Positions 1 to 8,686 of a stretch of DNA of 27,016 nt are shown piece after piece. Every line of letters begins with the position of its first letter. Position 1 is the first letter of the stretch. Origin of the DNA: a bacterium. GTDB taxonomy: Bacteria > BMS3Abin14. Under the pieces are notes generated by a model. The model was not told the DNA's origin. It searched no databases and was given only the letters and a program-made list of their open reading frames with translations. The position numbers were made by a program, and so were the translations under genes. The DNA lies in NCBI GenBank assembly GCA_020349685.1, contig CP070698.1, forward strand, positions 1,806,165 to 1,833,180, read 5' to 3'.

Positions 1-283
1 GCACACGAAGTTCAAGGCGGAGGTTTATGTATTGACGAAGGAGGAGGGCGGCCGCCACACGCCGTTCTTTGATGGCTATCGTCCTCAGTTTTATTTCCGC
101 ACGACGGACGTGACGGGTGTGACGACGCTTCCTTCTGAGGTGAAGATGGTGATGCCTGGCGACAACGTGTCGATAGAGGTTGAGCTGATCACTCCCATCG
201 CGATGGAGAAGGAGCTTCGCTTCGCCATCCGTGAGGGCGGCCGCACGGTCGGCGCCGGGGTCGTCAGCGAGATCATCGAGTAA
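1..283 (+). CDS. tuf: Elongation factor Tu, 3' part (truncated by window start)
   Basis: Frame from position 2 reads [23 protein letters not shown]...[21 protein letters not shown], the EF-Tu C-terminus. Protein is identical to the copy at 16349-17548 over the shared part. Confidence 0.99.
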   Translation, partial: HTKFKAEVYVLTKEEGGRHTPFFDGYRPQFYFRTTDVTGVTTLPSEVKMVMPGDNVSIEVELITPIAMEKELRFAIREGGRTVGAGVVSEIIE

Positions 284-333
284 AATAGATCCGAACGGCA
301 GGTTTGACACCCCTTTTGTGGAGATAAAGTGAG

Positions 334-483
334 ATGCGTGTGATCATTACGCTGGAATGCACGGAATGCAAACAGCGGAACTATACGACAACCAAGAACA
401 AGAAGAACACCACCGAGAGGCTGGAAATCAAAAAATACTGTCGTTTCTGCGGGGGGCACAGGCCTCACAAGGAAACGAAGTAA
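334..483 (+). CDS. rpmG: 50S ribosomal protein L33 (bL33), Zn-ribbon C+ type, 49 aa
   Basis: Hand translation (below ORF-track cutoff): [49 protein letters not shown]. Two CxxC motifs, GGAG upstream, canonical tuf-rpmG-tRNA-Trp-secE order. Confidence 0.97.
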   Translation: MRVIITLECTECKQRNYTTTKNKKNTTERLEIKKYCRFCGGHRPHKETK

Positions 484-509
484 ACCGAGTTCCGTCGCTT
501 TTAAGGGGA

Positions 510-586
510 AGGCCAGTAGCTCTAACGGTTAGAGCACCGGTCTCCAAAACCGGGTGATGGGGGTTCGAATCCCTCCTGGCCTGCCA
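510..586 (+). tRNA. tRNA-Trp (CCA)
   Basis: Cloverleaf: acceptor AGGCCAG/CTGGCCT, D stem GCTC/GAGC, anticodon stem CCGGT/ACCGG with loop CTCCAAA (CCA at 544-546), T loop TTCGAAT, discriminator G, encoded CCA end. Confidence 0.98.
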
Positions 587-646
587 TCAACCCTTTCAGG
601 CGATGGAGGGGATTTTTGCGTTGTTATCGACCGGGGATACCTTCAT

Positions 647-832
647 ATGCTGAAAAGGACACGCAGCTTTCTGACCGATGTCAGAGTTGAGCTGAAAAAG
701 GTCTCATGGCCCTCCAGGCAGGACACCATCGCCTCCACCGGTGTCGTCCTGGTGGTGGTTTTCATTATTTCATTCTACCTCGGGTTCATCGACATCCTCC
801 TGAGCAGAATGGTCACCTCGCTCTTCGGATAG
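647..832 (+). CDS. secE: Preprotein translocase subunit SecE (single TM, 61 aa)
   Basis: ELKKVSWPSR motif followed by one hydrophobic helix. Start moved to ATG647 because the track's 554 start overlaps the tRNA. Confidence 0.95.
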   Translation: MLKRTRSFLTDVRVELKKVSWPSRQDTIASTGVVLVVVFIISFYLGFIDILLSRMVTSLFG

Positions 833-856
833 CGGATCATGACTGGAGCAAAAGAT

Positions 857-1378
857 ATGAATTGGTTCGTGGTCCACACCCACACCGGGTTCGAGAGCCA
901 GGTGCGCGAGGCGATATTGCAGAAGTTCCGCGAAAAGGGGAAGGAAGAGGATCTCGGCGATGTCATGATCCCCTCAGAGGAGGTAGTGGAGCTCAAAAAG
1001 GGTAAAAAGAAGATCTCCTCGAGGAAGTTCTTCCCGGGCTACATCATGGTGCAGATGGTCATGAACGATGAGACCTGGCACCTGGTCAACAGCCTGCCCA
1101 AGGTCACAGGATTCGTGGGCGGATCGAACCCCGCGGCCCTGTCACCGGACGAGGTCGTCAAGATCCAGCAGCAGGTTGTGGAGGGGGCCGAACGGCCCAC
1201 ACCGAAGGTGGTCTTCTCGGTGGGTGAGAGTGTGAGGGTTGTGGACGGACCCTTTACCAACTTCAACGGTATGGTGAAAGAGGTCAACGAGGAGAAGGGC
1301 AAACTCAAGGTCCTGGTCACCATATTCGGTCGTGCTACATCGGTTGAGTTGGAGTTCCTCCAGGTGGAGAAGAACTAG
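857..1378 (+). CDS. nusG: Transcription termination/antitermination factor NusG
   Basis: [23 protein letters not shown] and KOW motif [13 protein letters not shown]...IFGR. GGAG at 845-848 favours ATG857 over 839. Confidence 0.98.
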   Translation: MNWFVVHTHTGFESQVREAILQKFREKGKEEDLGDVMIPSEEVVELKKGKKKISSRKFFPGYIMVQMVMNDETWHLVNSLPKVTGFVGGSNPAALSPDEVVKIQQQVVEGAERPTPKVVFSVGESVRVVDGPFTNFNGMVKEVNEEKGKLKVLVTIFGRATSVELEFLQVEKN

Positions 1379-1411
1379 CTGGAAGCTGCTAGCTGACGGC
1401 TATTGGCGAAA
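1377..1411. repeat. Degenerate heptanucleotide tandem repeat (AGCTGNN)
   Basis: AGCTGGA AGCTGCT AGCTGAC GGCTATT GGCGAAA, period 7, starting in the nusG stop codon. Confidence 0.55.
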
Positions 1412-1422
1412 AAGCAACAACC

Positions 1423-1630
1423 CGCGCCTGGGAAAGGCGCCCGGATCGCTGACCATCGCGCCTGGGAAGGGTGCCCGGATAAGTGACGGGAATAATATCA
1501 CTTTTCCGTAGAGCTAAAGTTTCACGAGAACTTTTGCGATTAACAGTAGTACCGTTAGGAAACCGAAAACCACGCTTTTCGGTTTCCGAGGAGCAGGAAG
1601 TCCCGCAAGGACTTTCTGCGACCCTAACAA
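1423..1630 (+). repeat. Multi-hairpin dispersed element, copy A (upstream of rplK)
   Basis: Hairpins at 1424-1440 (duplicated at 1458-1474), 1476-1508, 1558-1587 and 1593-1619. Homologous to 3810-3967; about 59/78 identical over the 3' half by hand alignment. Confidence 0.85.
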
Positions 1631-1645
1631 TGGAAGGAATTGCAG

Positions 1646-2068
1646 ATGGCTAAGAAGGTTATAGGTCTCATAAAACTTCAGATCCCGGCCGGGCAGGCCA
1701 ACCCCTCTCCCCCAGTGGGACCTGCGCTTGGACAGCATGGTGTCAACATCATGGAGTTCTGCAAGGCGTTCAACGCCCAGACCCAGGAGCAGGGCGGAAT
1801 GATCATCCCGGTGGTGATCACGGTCTACGCTGACCGGTCCTTCAGTTTTATCACCAAGACGCCTCCCGCCGCCGTGCTTCTCAGAAAAGCGGCCGGTATC
1901 GACAAAGGCTCCGGTGAACCCAACAGGCTCAAGGTGGGCAAGGTCACCAAAGCACAGGTTGAGGAGATCGCCCGTACCAAAATGCCGGATCTGAATGCCT
2001 ACAGCATTGAAGAAGCCATGAAGATGGTGGAAGGCACGGCACGCAGTATGGGGATCGTTGTAGAGTGA
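1646..2068 (+). CDS. rplK: 50S ribosomal protein L11 (uL11)
   Basis: [44 protein letters not shown]...[20 protein letters not shown] at 1632-1638 supports ATG1646. Confidence 0.99.
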   Translation: MAKKVIGLIKLQIPAGQANPSPPVGPALGQHGVNIMEFCKAFNAQTQEQGGMIIPVVITVYADRSFSFITKTPPAAVLLRKAAGIDKGSGEPNRLKVGKVTKAQVEEIARTKMPDLNAYSIEEAMKMVEGTARSMGIVVE

Positions 2069-2073
2069 TAGAT

Positions 2074-2155
2074 CGGAAAATGGAGATTAGAGATTAGAAA
2101 TTAGAGATTAATGTGCTCTTTATTCTAATTTCCAATTTCCAATATCTAATTTCCG
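2074..2155. repeat. Inverted array of heptamer repeats forming an imperfect ~32-bp hairpin
   Basis: (GAGATTA/GAAATTA)x4 at 2083-2110, then complementary (TCTAATT/TCCAATT/TCCAATA)x4 at 2124-2151. Confidence 0.85.
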
Positions 2156-2171
2156 TTTCAGGAGATCGAAT

Positions 2172-2873
2172 ATGAAAGCAGGAAAAAGATTTGCGGCTGC
2201 GGCCGAGAAGGTGGATCGCACTAAGGCCTACGATTTCGAGACGGCTATCGGGATCGTCAAGGAGACGGCTGTCGCCAAGTTCGATGAGACCATCGAATGC
2301 GCCGTCAGACTGGGTGTCGACCCCCGAAAGAGCGACCAGATGGTCCGCGGAGCCACGGTCCTGCCCCACGGCCTGGGCAAGGTGGAGCGCGTCCTCGTCT
2401 TTGCCAAGGGCGAGAAGGACAAGGAAGCCAGGGACGCCGGCGCGGACTATGTAGGTGCGGACGACCTGGCCGAAAAGATCCAGGGTGGATGGTTGGAGTT
2501 CGACAGGATCGTGGCCACACCGGACATGATGGGAGCCGTCGGCAAGCTGGGCAAGATCCTCGGCCCACGCGGTTTGATGCCCAACCCCAAGCTGGGGACC
2601 GTGACCTTCGAAATCACCAAGGCTATTCAGGAGATCAAGGCAGGAAAAGCGGAGTTCAAGACCGAAAAGAACGGAATCGTCCACTCCTCCATAGGGAAGG
2701 CAAGTTTCAGCTCCCAGCAGCTGACGGAAAACCTGACGGCTTTCCTGGATACTCTGCTCAAGCTCAAACCGGCTGCCAGCAAGGGGCGTTATTTCAGAAG
2801 CATCACGGTCTCCTCCACTATGGGGCCGGGGGTTAAGATCGATCCTGTCTGGGCGGTTAACGCACTGAGATAA
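2172..2873 (+). CDS. rplA: 50S ribosomal protein L1 (uL1)
   Basis: [45 protein letters not shown] motifs. Confidence 0.99.
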   Translation: MKAGKRFAAAAEKVDRTKAYDFETAIGIVKETAVAKFDETIECAVRLGVDPRKSDQMVRGATVLPHGLGKVERVLVFAKGEKDKEARDAGADYVGADDLAEKIQGGWLEFDRIVATPDMMGAVGKLGKILGPRGLMPNPKLGTVTFEITKAIQEIKAGKAEFKTEKNGIVHSSIGKASFSSQQLTENLTAFLDTLLKLKPAASKGRYFRSITVSSTMGPGVKIDPVWAVNALR

Positions 2874-3033
2874 ATCAGGACCGGCCTGATAGGCCCGTCC
2901 AATGAAACTATTTCCGAGGTAGTTCGGATCCATGCAAGATGACCGGGTGGCTCTCCTCCCGGGGAGAGCGGTCGGATCGCGTCACGCGAGGCGCGTGACG
3001 CATTGCCCGTTGACGACATTGTTCACTGCAGGC

Positions 3034-3139
3034 CACACCGGAAGTTCCATGACAGCCGGGACCGCCGTAGCCCTGAGATTCCTCAAGGGCGAAGGTGGTT
3101 TAAACGCTCTTTATGAGCACCCTGCCGAGACGCGGTGTG
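3034..3139 (+). promoter_or_regulatory. Ribosomal protein L10 leader (L10-L7/L12 autoregulatory RNA)
   Basis: Outer stem CACACCG/CGGTGTG. Core GACAGCCGGG...ACCGCC/GGTGGT...TTAA...GCTC/GAGC hairpin...CCTGCCGAGAC resembles the L10-leader consensus as I recall it. Expected position between rplA and rplJ. Confidence 0.75.
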
Positions 3140-3262
3140 AATCTAAAGCATTCCATGGGGCGATCCTGGAAGGCTGCGGACCACTTCTAGTCTCATCCTG
3201 TCATAAGTCTGGCCGGCGTACTGAACGTCACGTCAGGAAACCGAAGGAAAGGAGGAGACGAA

Positions 3263-3784
3263 TTGGGACGAGCTGATAGAGAAAAACAGGTCCAGGAGCT
3301 TCACGAACTGTTCTCCGGGATCGAGATGGCCGTGCTCACTGATTACAGGGGGCTCACGGTCGAGGAGATCTCCGACCTCAGGACGAAGCTACGTGATGCC
3401 GAGGCCCGCTTTCGCGTCGTAAAGAACACGCTGTCCATCCGCGCGGCAGACGGGACACCTCTCGAGGCCGTGAAGGAGTATTTCACGGGGCCCGTCGCGA
3501 TCCTTTATACAGCAGGGGATCCGGTGGGTCCGGCCAAGGCCCTGATGGATTTCATCAAGGGCAACGATAAGCTCGAGGCCAAAGTAGGGATCTTGGCAGG
3601 CATCGCCATCGAGACCGCCGACATCAAGCGGCTCGCCGAAATGCCGAGCAAGGATGTCATGATCGCGCAGGCCTTGGGTTCAATGAACGCTCCCGTAACC
3701 AACTTCGTGCGAACGCTGTCCGAGATACCAGCCAGCTTCGTGAGGGTACTCGGTTCCATTCAACGCCAGAAAGAGGCCGCCTAG
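3263..3784 (+). CDS. rplJ: 50S ribosomal protein L10 (uL10)
   Basis: DYRGLTV, LR, VVKNTL, FTGP motifs. TTG start after AGGAGG SD. Confidence 0.98.
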   Translation: MGRADREKQVQELHELFSGIEMAVLTDYRGLTVEEISDLRTKLRDAEARFRVVKNTLSIRAADGTPLEAVKEYFTGPVAILYTAGDPVGPAKALMDFIKGNDKLEAKVGILAGIAIETADIKRLAEMPSKDVMIAQALGSMNAPVTNFVRTLSEIPASFVRVLGSIQRQKEAA

Positions 3785-3809
3785 GCCCTTTCAGATAATT
3801 GGAATCAAT

Positions 3810-3967
3810 TTTGATGGACTCACAAAAGCCATCAACGCGCCTGTAAGAGGCGCCCAGATCAATGACCCTTGATTCAAGTTATTGATCTGTGAGGAAAGCG
3901 GAAACGACGCTTTTCGCTTTTCGGTGGAACAAAAAGCCGCGAATGGACTTTTTGTGACCCTGTCAAA
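3810..3967 (+). repeat. Multi-hairpin dispersed element, copy B (upstream of rplL), MITE-like with imperfect terminal inverted repeats
   Basis: Ends TTTGATGGACTCACAAAAGCC / GGACTTTTTGTGACCCTGTCAAA. Internal hairpins at 3837-3853, 3855-3889, 3893-3922 and 3929-3955. Homologous to 1423-1630. Confidence 0.85.
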
Positions 3968-3993
3968 GGTTTCGTATCAGGAGGAAAAATACG

Positions 3994-4377
3994 ATGGCAG
4001 ATATTAAGAAGGAAGATGTTGTCCAGTTTATCGAGAACATGAGCGTTCTCGAGATGGCCGAGTTCGTCAAGGAGCTCGAGGAGAAGTTCGGCGTGTCGGC
4101 CGCCGCTCCGGTGGCCATTGCAGCCGTTCCCGGCGCCGCCCCGGGTGCCGCTGCCGAGGAGGAGAAAACCGAGTTTGACGTTGTCCTTGCCGAAGTGGGA
4201 GCGGAGAAGATCAAGGTCATCAAGGTTGTCCGCAGCCTTACGGGCCTGGGCCTGAAGGAGGCCAAGGACCTCGTCGACGGTGCCCCCGGCAACGTCAAGG
4301 AGGGCGTCTCCAAGGAAGAGGCCGAAGAGGCCAAGAAACAGCTTGAGGAGGCCGGTGCCAAGGTGGAGATCAAGTAA
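3994..4377 (+). CDS. rplL: 50S ribosomal protein L7/L12 (bL12)
   Basis: [44 protein letters not shown] motifs. AGGAGG SD. Confidence 0.99.
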   Translation: MADIKKEDVVQFIENMSVLEMAEFVKELEEKFGVSAAAPVAIAAVPGAAPGAAAEEEKTEFDVVLAEVGAEKIKVIKVVRSLTGLGLKEAKDLVDGAPGNVKEGVSKEEAEEAKKQLEEAGAKVEIK

Positions 4378-4400
4378 CCCGGCGCTTCCCTGATTTTGAA

Positions 4401-4428
4401 GGGAGGAGGCCTGTGAAGGCCTCCTCCC
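4401..4428 (+). promoter_or_regulatory. Strong hairpin in rplL-rpoB spacer (possible attenuator, processing or stability element)
   Basis: Perfect 12-bp stem GGGAGGAGGCCT/AGGCCTCCTCCC with GNRA loop GTGA. The U-tract is delayed (ATACCTGCTTTT), so it is not a strong terminator. Confidence 0.55.
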
Positions 4429-4483
4429 ATACCTGCTTTTAAAGCACAAATGTTTTTTTGCCGTATCCACGTGAGGTGAGACG

Positions 4484-7400
4484 ATGGCACAAGCCGCAAA
4501 ACCCCACATACCGCTGCGTAGAGACTTTTCCAGGTTGCCCTCCATCATCGGTATGCCCAATCTGATCGAGGTTCAGAAGGAATCCTACGAAAAGTTTCTG
4601 CAGATGAACGTTGACCCGGAGCAGCGGGAAGAGATTGGTCTCCACGCCGTCTTCAAGGGTATTTTCCCCATCGAGGATTACTCGCGGACGACCCTTCTCG
4701 ATTACGTCAAGTACGACATTCTGGAGTCAAAATTCGACGTACAGGAATGTCAGGACAGGGGCATGACCTTCGCGGCCCCTCTTAATGTCACTATTCGCCT
4801 GATCCACCTTGAGGTCGATGAGGACACCAAGTCCAAGAAGGTTCGCGAGGTCAAGGAACAGGAAGTCTACCTGGGAGAAATACCTCTCATGACCGCCAAC
4901 GGGACCTTTATCATCAACGGGACCGAGCGGGTCATCGTCAGTCAGCTGCACCGGAGCCCGGGTGTCTTCTACGAACTGGACAAGAGCAAGTCCATGATCG
5001 GGGGCCGCCCTCTCTATTCGGCGCGTGTCATCCCGTATCGCGGATCCTGGCTTGATTTCGAATACGACGCCAAGGGGCTTATCAATGTGCGCATCGACAG
5101 GCGCCGCAAGATCCCCGCTACGATCCTGCTCAGAGCCCTCGGCTATAACCCGGAACAGATCATCCGCCTCTTCTACCCCATTGACCATATACGCCTGGAG
5201 GGGGGAAAGGCTTACAAAAAATATCAGCGGAAAACCGTCGAGATGCAGAACGTTTCCAGGGACATCGTCGACCCGGCCACGGGTGACGTTCTCGTCAGGG
5301 AAGGACGCAAAGTCTTCGCCTCTTCGGCAAGGAAGATCGAAACGGCCGGTATTACCGAGTTCGAGATCGACCTTGCCACCGACCTTCTCGGCCGGCACCT
5401 GGCGACTCCCGTGGTGGATACCTCCTCGGGTGAGATCATAGGGGACTGCAACGACGAGATCACGGAAGAGATGCTCGGACAGATCACCAGCGCCGGCGTG
5501 ATGGAACTGGAGGTACTCTTCATCGACAACAACCGCTACGAGAGTTCCCTCAGGGACACCCTGGCCACCGACAAGGTCCTGAATGAGGAAGACGCCCTTC
5601 TGGAGATCTACAGAAAGCTTCGTCCCGGTGACCCCCCCACCCTGGAAACGGCCAAGGCCCACTTCGACAGGCTTTTCTTTTCGGACGACCGCTACGACCT
5701 CTCCCGGGTGGGACGCCTGAAGATCAACATCAAGCTCGAGGAGGAGCTCAAGGAGGTTTTCGGCGGCGAGGTGCCGCCCCTCGAGGCCCGTGTCCTCATG
5801 AGGGAGGACATCGTGGCCATCATGAAATACCTCGTCAAGCTCAGGAGCGGAACCAAGGAAGCGCTCGCCGACGATATAGATCATCTGGGAAATCGCCGCG
5901 TCCGCAGTGTAGGCGAACTCCTCGAAAACCAGTTCAGGATAGGCCTCGTTCGCATGGAACGCGCCATCAAGGAGCGCATGAGCATCCAGGAGATGGAAAC
6001 GGTCATGCCCCACGACCTCATCAATGCCAAGCCGGTGTCGGCCGTGGTGAAGGAGTTCTTCGGTTCCAGCCAATTGTCCCAGTTCATGGACCAGACCAAC
6101 CCCCTTTCCGAGATCACGCACAAGAGGCGCCTTTCGGCCCTCGGTCCCGGCGGGTTGACAAGGGAAAGAGCCGGTTTCGAGGTCAGGGACGTTCATCCCA
6201 CGCACTATGGAAGGATCTGCCCCATCGAGACCCCCGAAGGTCCCAACATCGGGCTTATCTCCTCACTGAGCACCTATGCCCAGATCAACGAGTTCGGTTT
6301 CATCGAGACGCCCTATCGCAAGGTGGAGGATGGCAAGGTAACCAGCGAGATCATCTACCTGTCGGCTCTGGAGGAGGACAAGTATTCCATTGCCCAGGCC
6401 AACGCCCCCCTGGACGGCAAAAACCGCTTCCTGGACGACTTCGTTGCCGCCCGCGTCGGCGGCGAACCCACCATGGTTCCCAAGGAGGATGTCCAGCTCA
6501 TGGACGTTTCCCCCAGGCAGCTGGTTTCCGTTGCGGCCTCCCTGATCCCCTTCCTCGAGAACGATGACGCCAACCGCGCGCTCATGGGATCCAACATGCA
6601 GCGGCAGGCCGTGCCCCTTCTCACCACGATGGCTCCCCTCGTCGGGACAGGGATGGAAGCGGTTTCGGCCAGGGATTCAGGCGCCGTGGTCATCGCAAAG
6701 CGCAGTGGACGGGTGGAGAGCGTCGACGCGGGTCGCATAGTCATCCAGGTTGATGAATCCGAGGAGGAGAAGGAAGGCGTGGAGGGATCCTCCAACGTTG
6801 ATATCTATCACCTGACCAAGTTCATGCGGTCGAACCAGAACACCTGCATCAACCAGGTGCCCATCGTCCAGCCCGGCCAGCACGTGGCTGCCCGTGAGGT
6901 TATAGCGGACGGTCCCGCCACAAGCATGGGGGAACTGGCGCTGGGCAAAAACATCCTCGTGGCCTTCATGCCATGGAACGGGTACAACTTCGAGGACTCC
7001 ATACTCGTCAGCGAGAGGCTTGTCGAGGATGACGTTTTCACCTCCATCCACATCGAGGAGTTCGAGGTGATGGCCCGGGACACCAAACTGGGCAAGGAGG
7101 AGATCACCAGGGATATCCCCAACGTGGGAGAGGAGGCTCTAAAGGATCTGGACGAGTCGGGGATCGTGCGCATCGGGGCGGAGGTCAAATCCGGAGATAT
7201 CCTCGTCGGCAAGGTAACCCCCAAAGGTGAGACACAGCTCACGCCGGAGGAGAAGCTCCTCAGGGCCATTTTCGGAGAGAAGGCGGGTGATGTCCGCGAC
7301 ACATCCCTGCGTGTGCCGCCCGGAGTCGAAGGCGTCGTCATCGACGTCAAGGTCTTCTCCAGGAGAGGCATGGACAAGGACACCCGGGCTCAGACAATCG

Positions 7401-8662
7401 AGGACGATCAGGTCGCCCGCTACATCAAGGACAGGGATGACGAGATCAGGATCGTGCGAAACTCGATGTATGAGAAGATCCGTTCCACAATTCTCGGCAG
7501 GAAGCTCGCCGCGGACCTCAAGGGGCCCGACGGCAGCGCCCTGGGAAAGAAAGAAGGTAAGGTGACGGCCAAGATCCTGGATGAACTGCCGAAGGTCAAA
7601 TGGTTCGACATCCCCCTTGCCGATGCCAAGGCCCTCGAGCGCATGATGAGCCTGCGCCGGCGGTCCGAAAACCAGGAGCAGATGATCCGCAAGCTTTTTG
7701 ACGGAAAGATCGAAAAACTTCGGAAGGGTGATGAGCTTCCGCCGGGTGTCATCAAGATGGTCAAGGTTTACCTGGCGATCAAGCGCCAGCTGGCTGTCGG
7801 GGATAAAATGGCCGGACGCCACGGCAACAAGGGTGTCCTCTCGAAGATCGTTCCCATCGAGGATATGCCCTACATGGAAGACGGAACCCCCGTCGATATG
7901 GTTCTGAACCCCCTGGGCGTTCCCAGCCGTATGAACGTGGGCCAGATCCTCGAAACCATGCTCGGTTGGGCTGCCAAGGGTATCGGGCAGAAGGTCGGGC
8001 GGATGCTCGATGAAAGCGTCTCCATAACCAAGCTCAGGGGTATTCTCAAGGATGTTTACGGCGCTGACAAGACCACCGAAGCCGGCAAAAGGCTTAAAGC
8101 GGCCATCGACGAACTGGATGATGATGATGTCCGGACCCTGGCTCAGGACCTGAAAGAGGGGGTCCTCGTCGCCTCCCCGGTCTTCGACGGAGCCAACGAG
8201 GATGAGATCAAGGATCTCCTCAAGATCTCCGATCTGCCCCTGCGGGGGCAGGCCAGGCTCTACGATGGAAAGAGCGGAGATCCCTTCCACCGCACCGTGA
8301 CAGTCGGCTTCATCTACATGATGAAGCTCCACCATCTCGTGGACGACAAGATCCACGCCCGTTCCATAGGGCCTTATTCCCTCGTGACCCAGCAGCCTCT
8401 GGGTGGTAAGGCCCAGTTCGGCGGACAGCGGTTCGGCGAGATGGAGGTCTGGGCCCTGGAAGGCTACGGAGCTGCCCACACGCTGCAGGAGATGCTCACC
8501 GTGAAATCGGACGACGTCGCTGGAAGGACCAAAATGTACGAGGCCATCGTCAAGGGTCACAACAACATGGACGCCGGCCTGCCCGAATCATTCAACGTCC
8601 TGGTCAAGGAGCTTCAGAGCTTCTGCCTGGATGTGGAACTTTTGGAAGAAGAGGAAGTTTAG
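4484..8662 (+). CDS. rpoB: DNA-directed RNA polymerase subunit beta
   Basis: 1392 aa. [71 protein letters not shown]. Confidence 0.99.
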   Translation: MAQAAKPHIPLRRDFSRLPSIIGMPNLIEVQKESYEKFLQMNVDPEQREEIGLHAVFKGIFPIEDYSRTTLLDYVKYDILESKFDVQECQDRGMTFAAPLNVTIRLIHLEVDEDTKSKKVREVKEQEVYLGEIPLMTANGTFIINGTERVIVSQLHRSPGVFYELDKSKSMIGGRPLYSARVIPYRGSWLDFEYDAKGLINVRIDRRRKIPATILLRALGYNPEQIIRLFYPIDHIRLEGGKAYKKYQRKTVEMQNVSRDIVDPATGDVLVREGRKVFASSARKIETAGITEFEIDLATDLLGRHLATPVVDTSSGEIIGDCNDEITEEMLGQITSAGVMELEVLFIDNNRYESSLRDTLATDKVLNEEDALLEIYRKLRPGDPPTLETAKAHFDRLFFSDDRYDLSRVGRLKINIKLEEELKEVFGGEVPPLEARVLMREDIVAIMKYLVKLRSGTKEALADDIDHLGNRRVRSVGELLENQFRIGLVRMERAIKERMSIQEMETVMPHDLINAKPVSAVVKEFFGSSQLSQFMDQTNPLSEITHKRRLSALGPGGLTRERAGFEVRDVHPTHYGRICPIETPEGPNIGLISSLSTYAQINEFGFIETPYRKVEDGKVTSEIIYLSALEEDKYSIAQANAPLDGKNRFLDDFVAARVGGEPTMVPKEDVQLMDVSPRQLVSVAASLIPFLENDDANRALMGSNMQRQAVPLLTTMAPLVGTGMEAVSARDSGAVVIAKRSGRVESVDAGRIVIQVDESEEEKEGVEGSSNVDIYHLTKFMRSNQNTCINQVPIVQPGQHVAAREVIADGPATSMGELALGKNILVAFMPWNGYNFEDSILVSERLVEDDVFTSIHIEEFEVMARDTKLGKEEITRDIPNVGEEALKDLDESGIVRIGAEVKSGDILVGKVTPKGETQLTPEEKLLRAIFGEKAGDVRDTSLRVPPGVEGVVIDVKVFSRRGMDKDTRAQTIEDDQVARYIKDRDDEIRIVRNSMYEKIRSTILGRKLAADLKGPDGSALGKKEGKVTAKILDELPKVKWFDIPLADAKALERMMSLRRRSENQEQMIRKLFDGKIEKLRKGDELPPGVIKMVKVYLAIKRQLAVGDKMAGRHGNKGVLSKIVPIEDMPYMEDGTPVDMVLNPLGVPSRMNVGQILETMLGWAAKGIGQKVGRMLDESVSITKLRGILKDVYGADKTTEAGKRLKAAIDELDDDDVRTLAQDLKEGVLVASPVFDGANEDEIKDLLKISDLPLRGQARLYDGKSGDPFHRTVTVGFIYMMKLHHLVDDKIHARSIGPYSLVTQQPLGGKAQFGGQRFGEMEVWALEGYGAAHTLQEMLTVKSDDVAGRTKMYEAIVKGHNNMDAGLPESFNVLVKELQSFCLDVELLEEEEV

Positions 8663-8686
8663 AAGGACCGTATACAGCCACGTTTT

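Noticed and set aside
304-332. TTGACA upstream of rpmG (also TTGACG at 3010 and TTGACA at 13029)
   Set aside because: No acceptable -10 hexamer at 16-18 nt spacing.
357-557. 66-aa ORF from the track
   Set aside because: Wrong frame: it overlaps the real rpmG (334-483) and the tRNA-Trp.
510-586. Possible suppressor or recoding tRNA-Trp, or an alternative genetic code
   Set aside because: The tRNA has a standard CCA anticodon and a 5-bp anticodon stem. TGA, TAG and TAA all end genes at the expected positions.
1423-1480. 24-nt palindromic direct repeats as a mini CRISPR array
   Set aside because: Only two units with a 10-nt spacer, no cas genes, and explained as an internal duplication of the dispersed element.
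1588-1628. GGAGC...GCGACCC resembling an L1-binding autoregulatory site before rplK
   Set aside because: The same segment is hairpin H4 and the right end of the repeated element also found before rplL, so the resemblance may be coincidental. Not excluded, but not supportable without a covariance-model search.
3235-3245. AGGAAACCGAA upstream of rplJ matching the H3 arm of the repeated element
   Set aside because: Only 11 nt, purine-rich, and with no complementary arm, so likely chance.
2932-3276. 114-aa ORF between rplA and rplJ
   Set aside because: It overlies the L10 leader and hairpins, has no SD or recognisable domain, and overlaps the rplJ start.
6061-6150. Antibiotic-resistance substitutions in the RpoB rifampicin cluster I or in S12
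   Set aside because: The motifs [22 protein letters not shown] and PKKPNSA/RVKDLPG have the usual sensitive-type residues.
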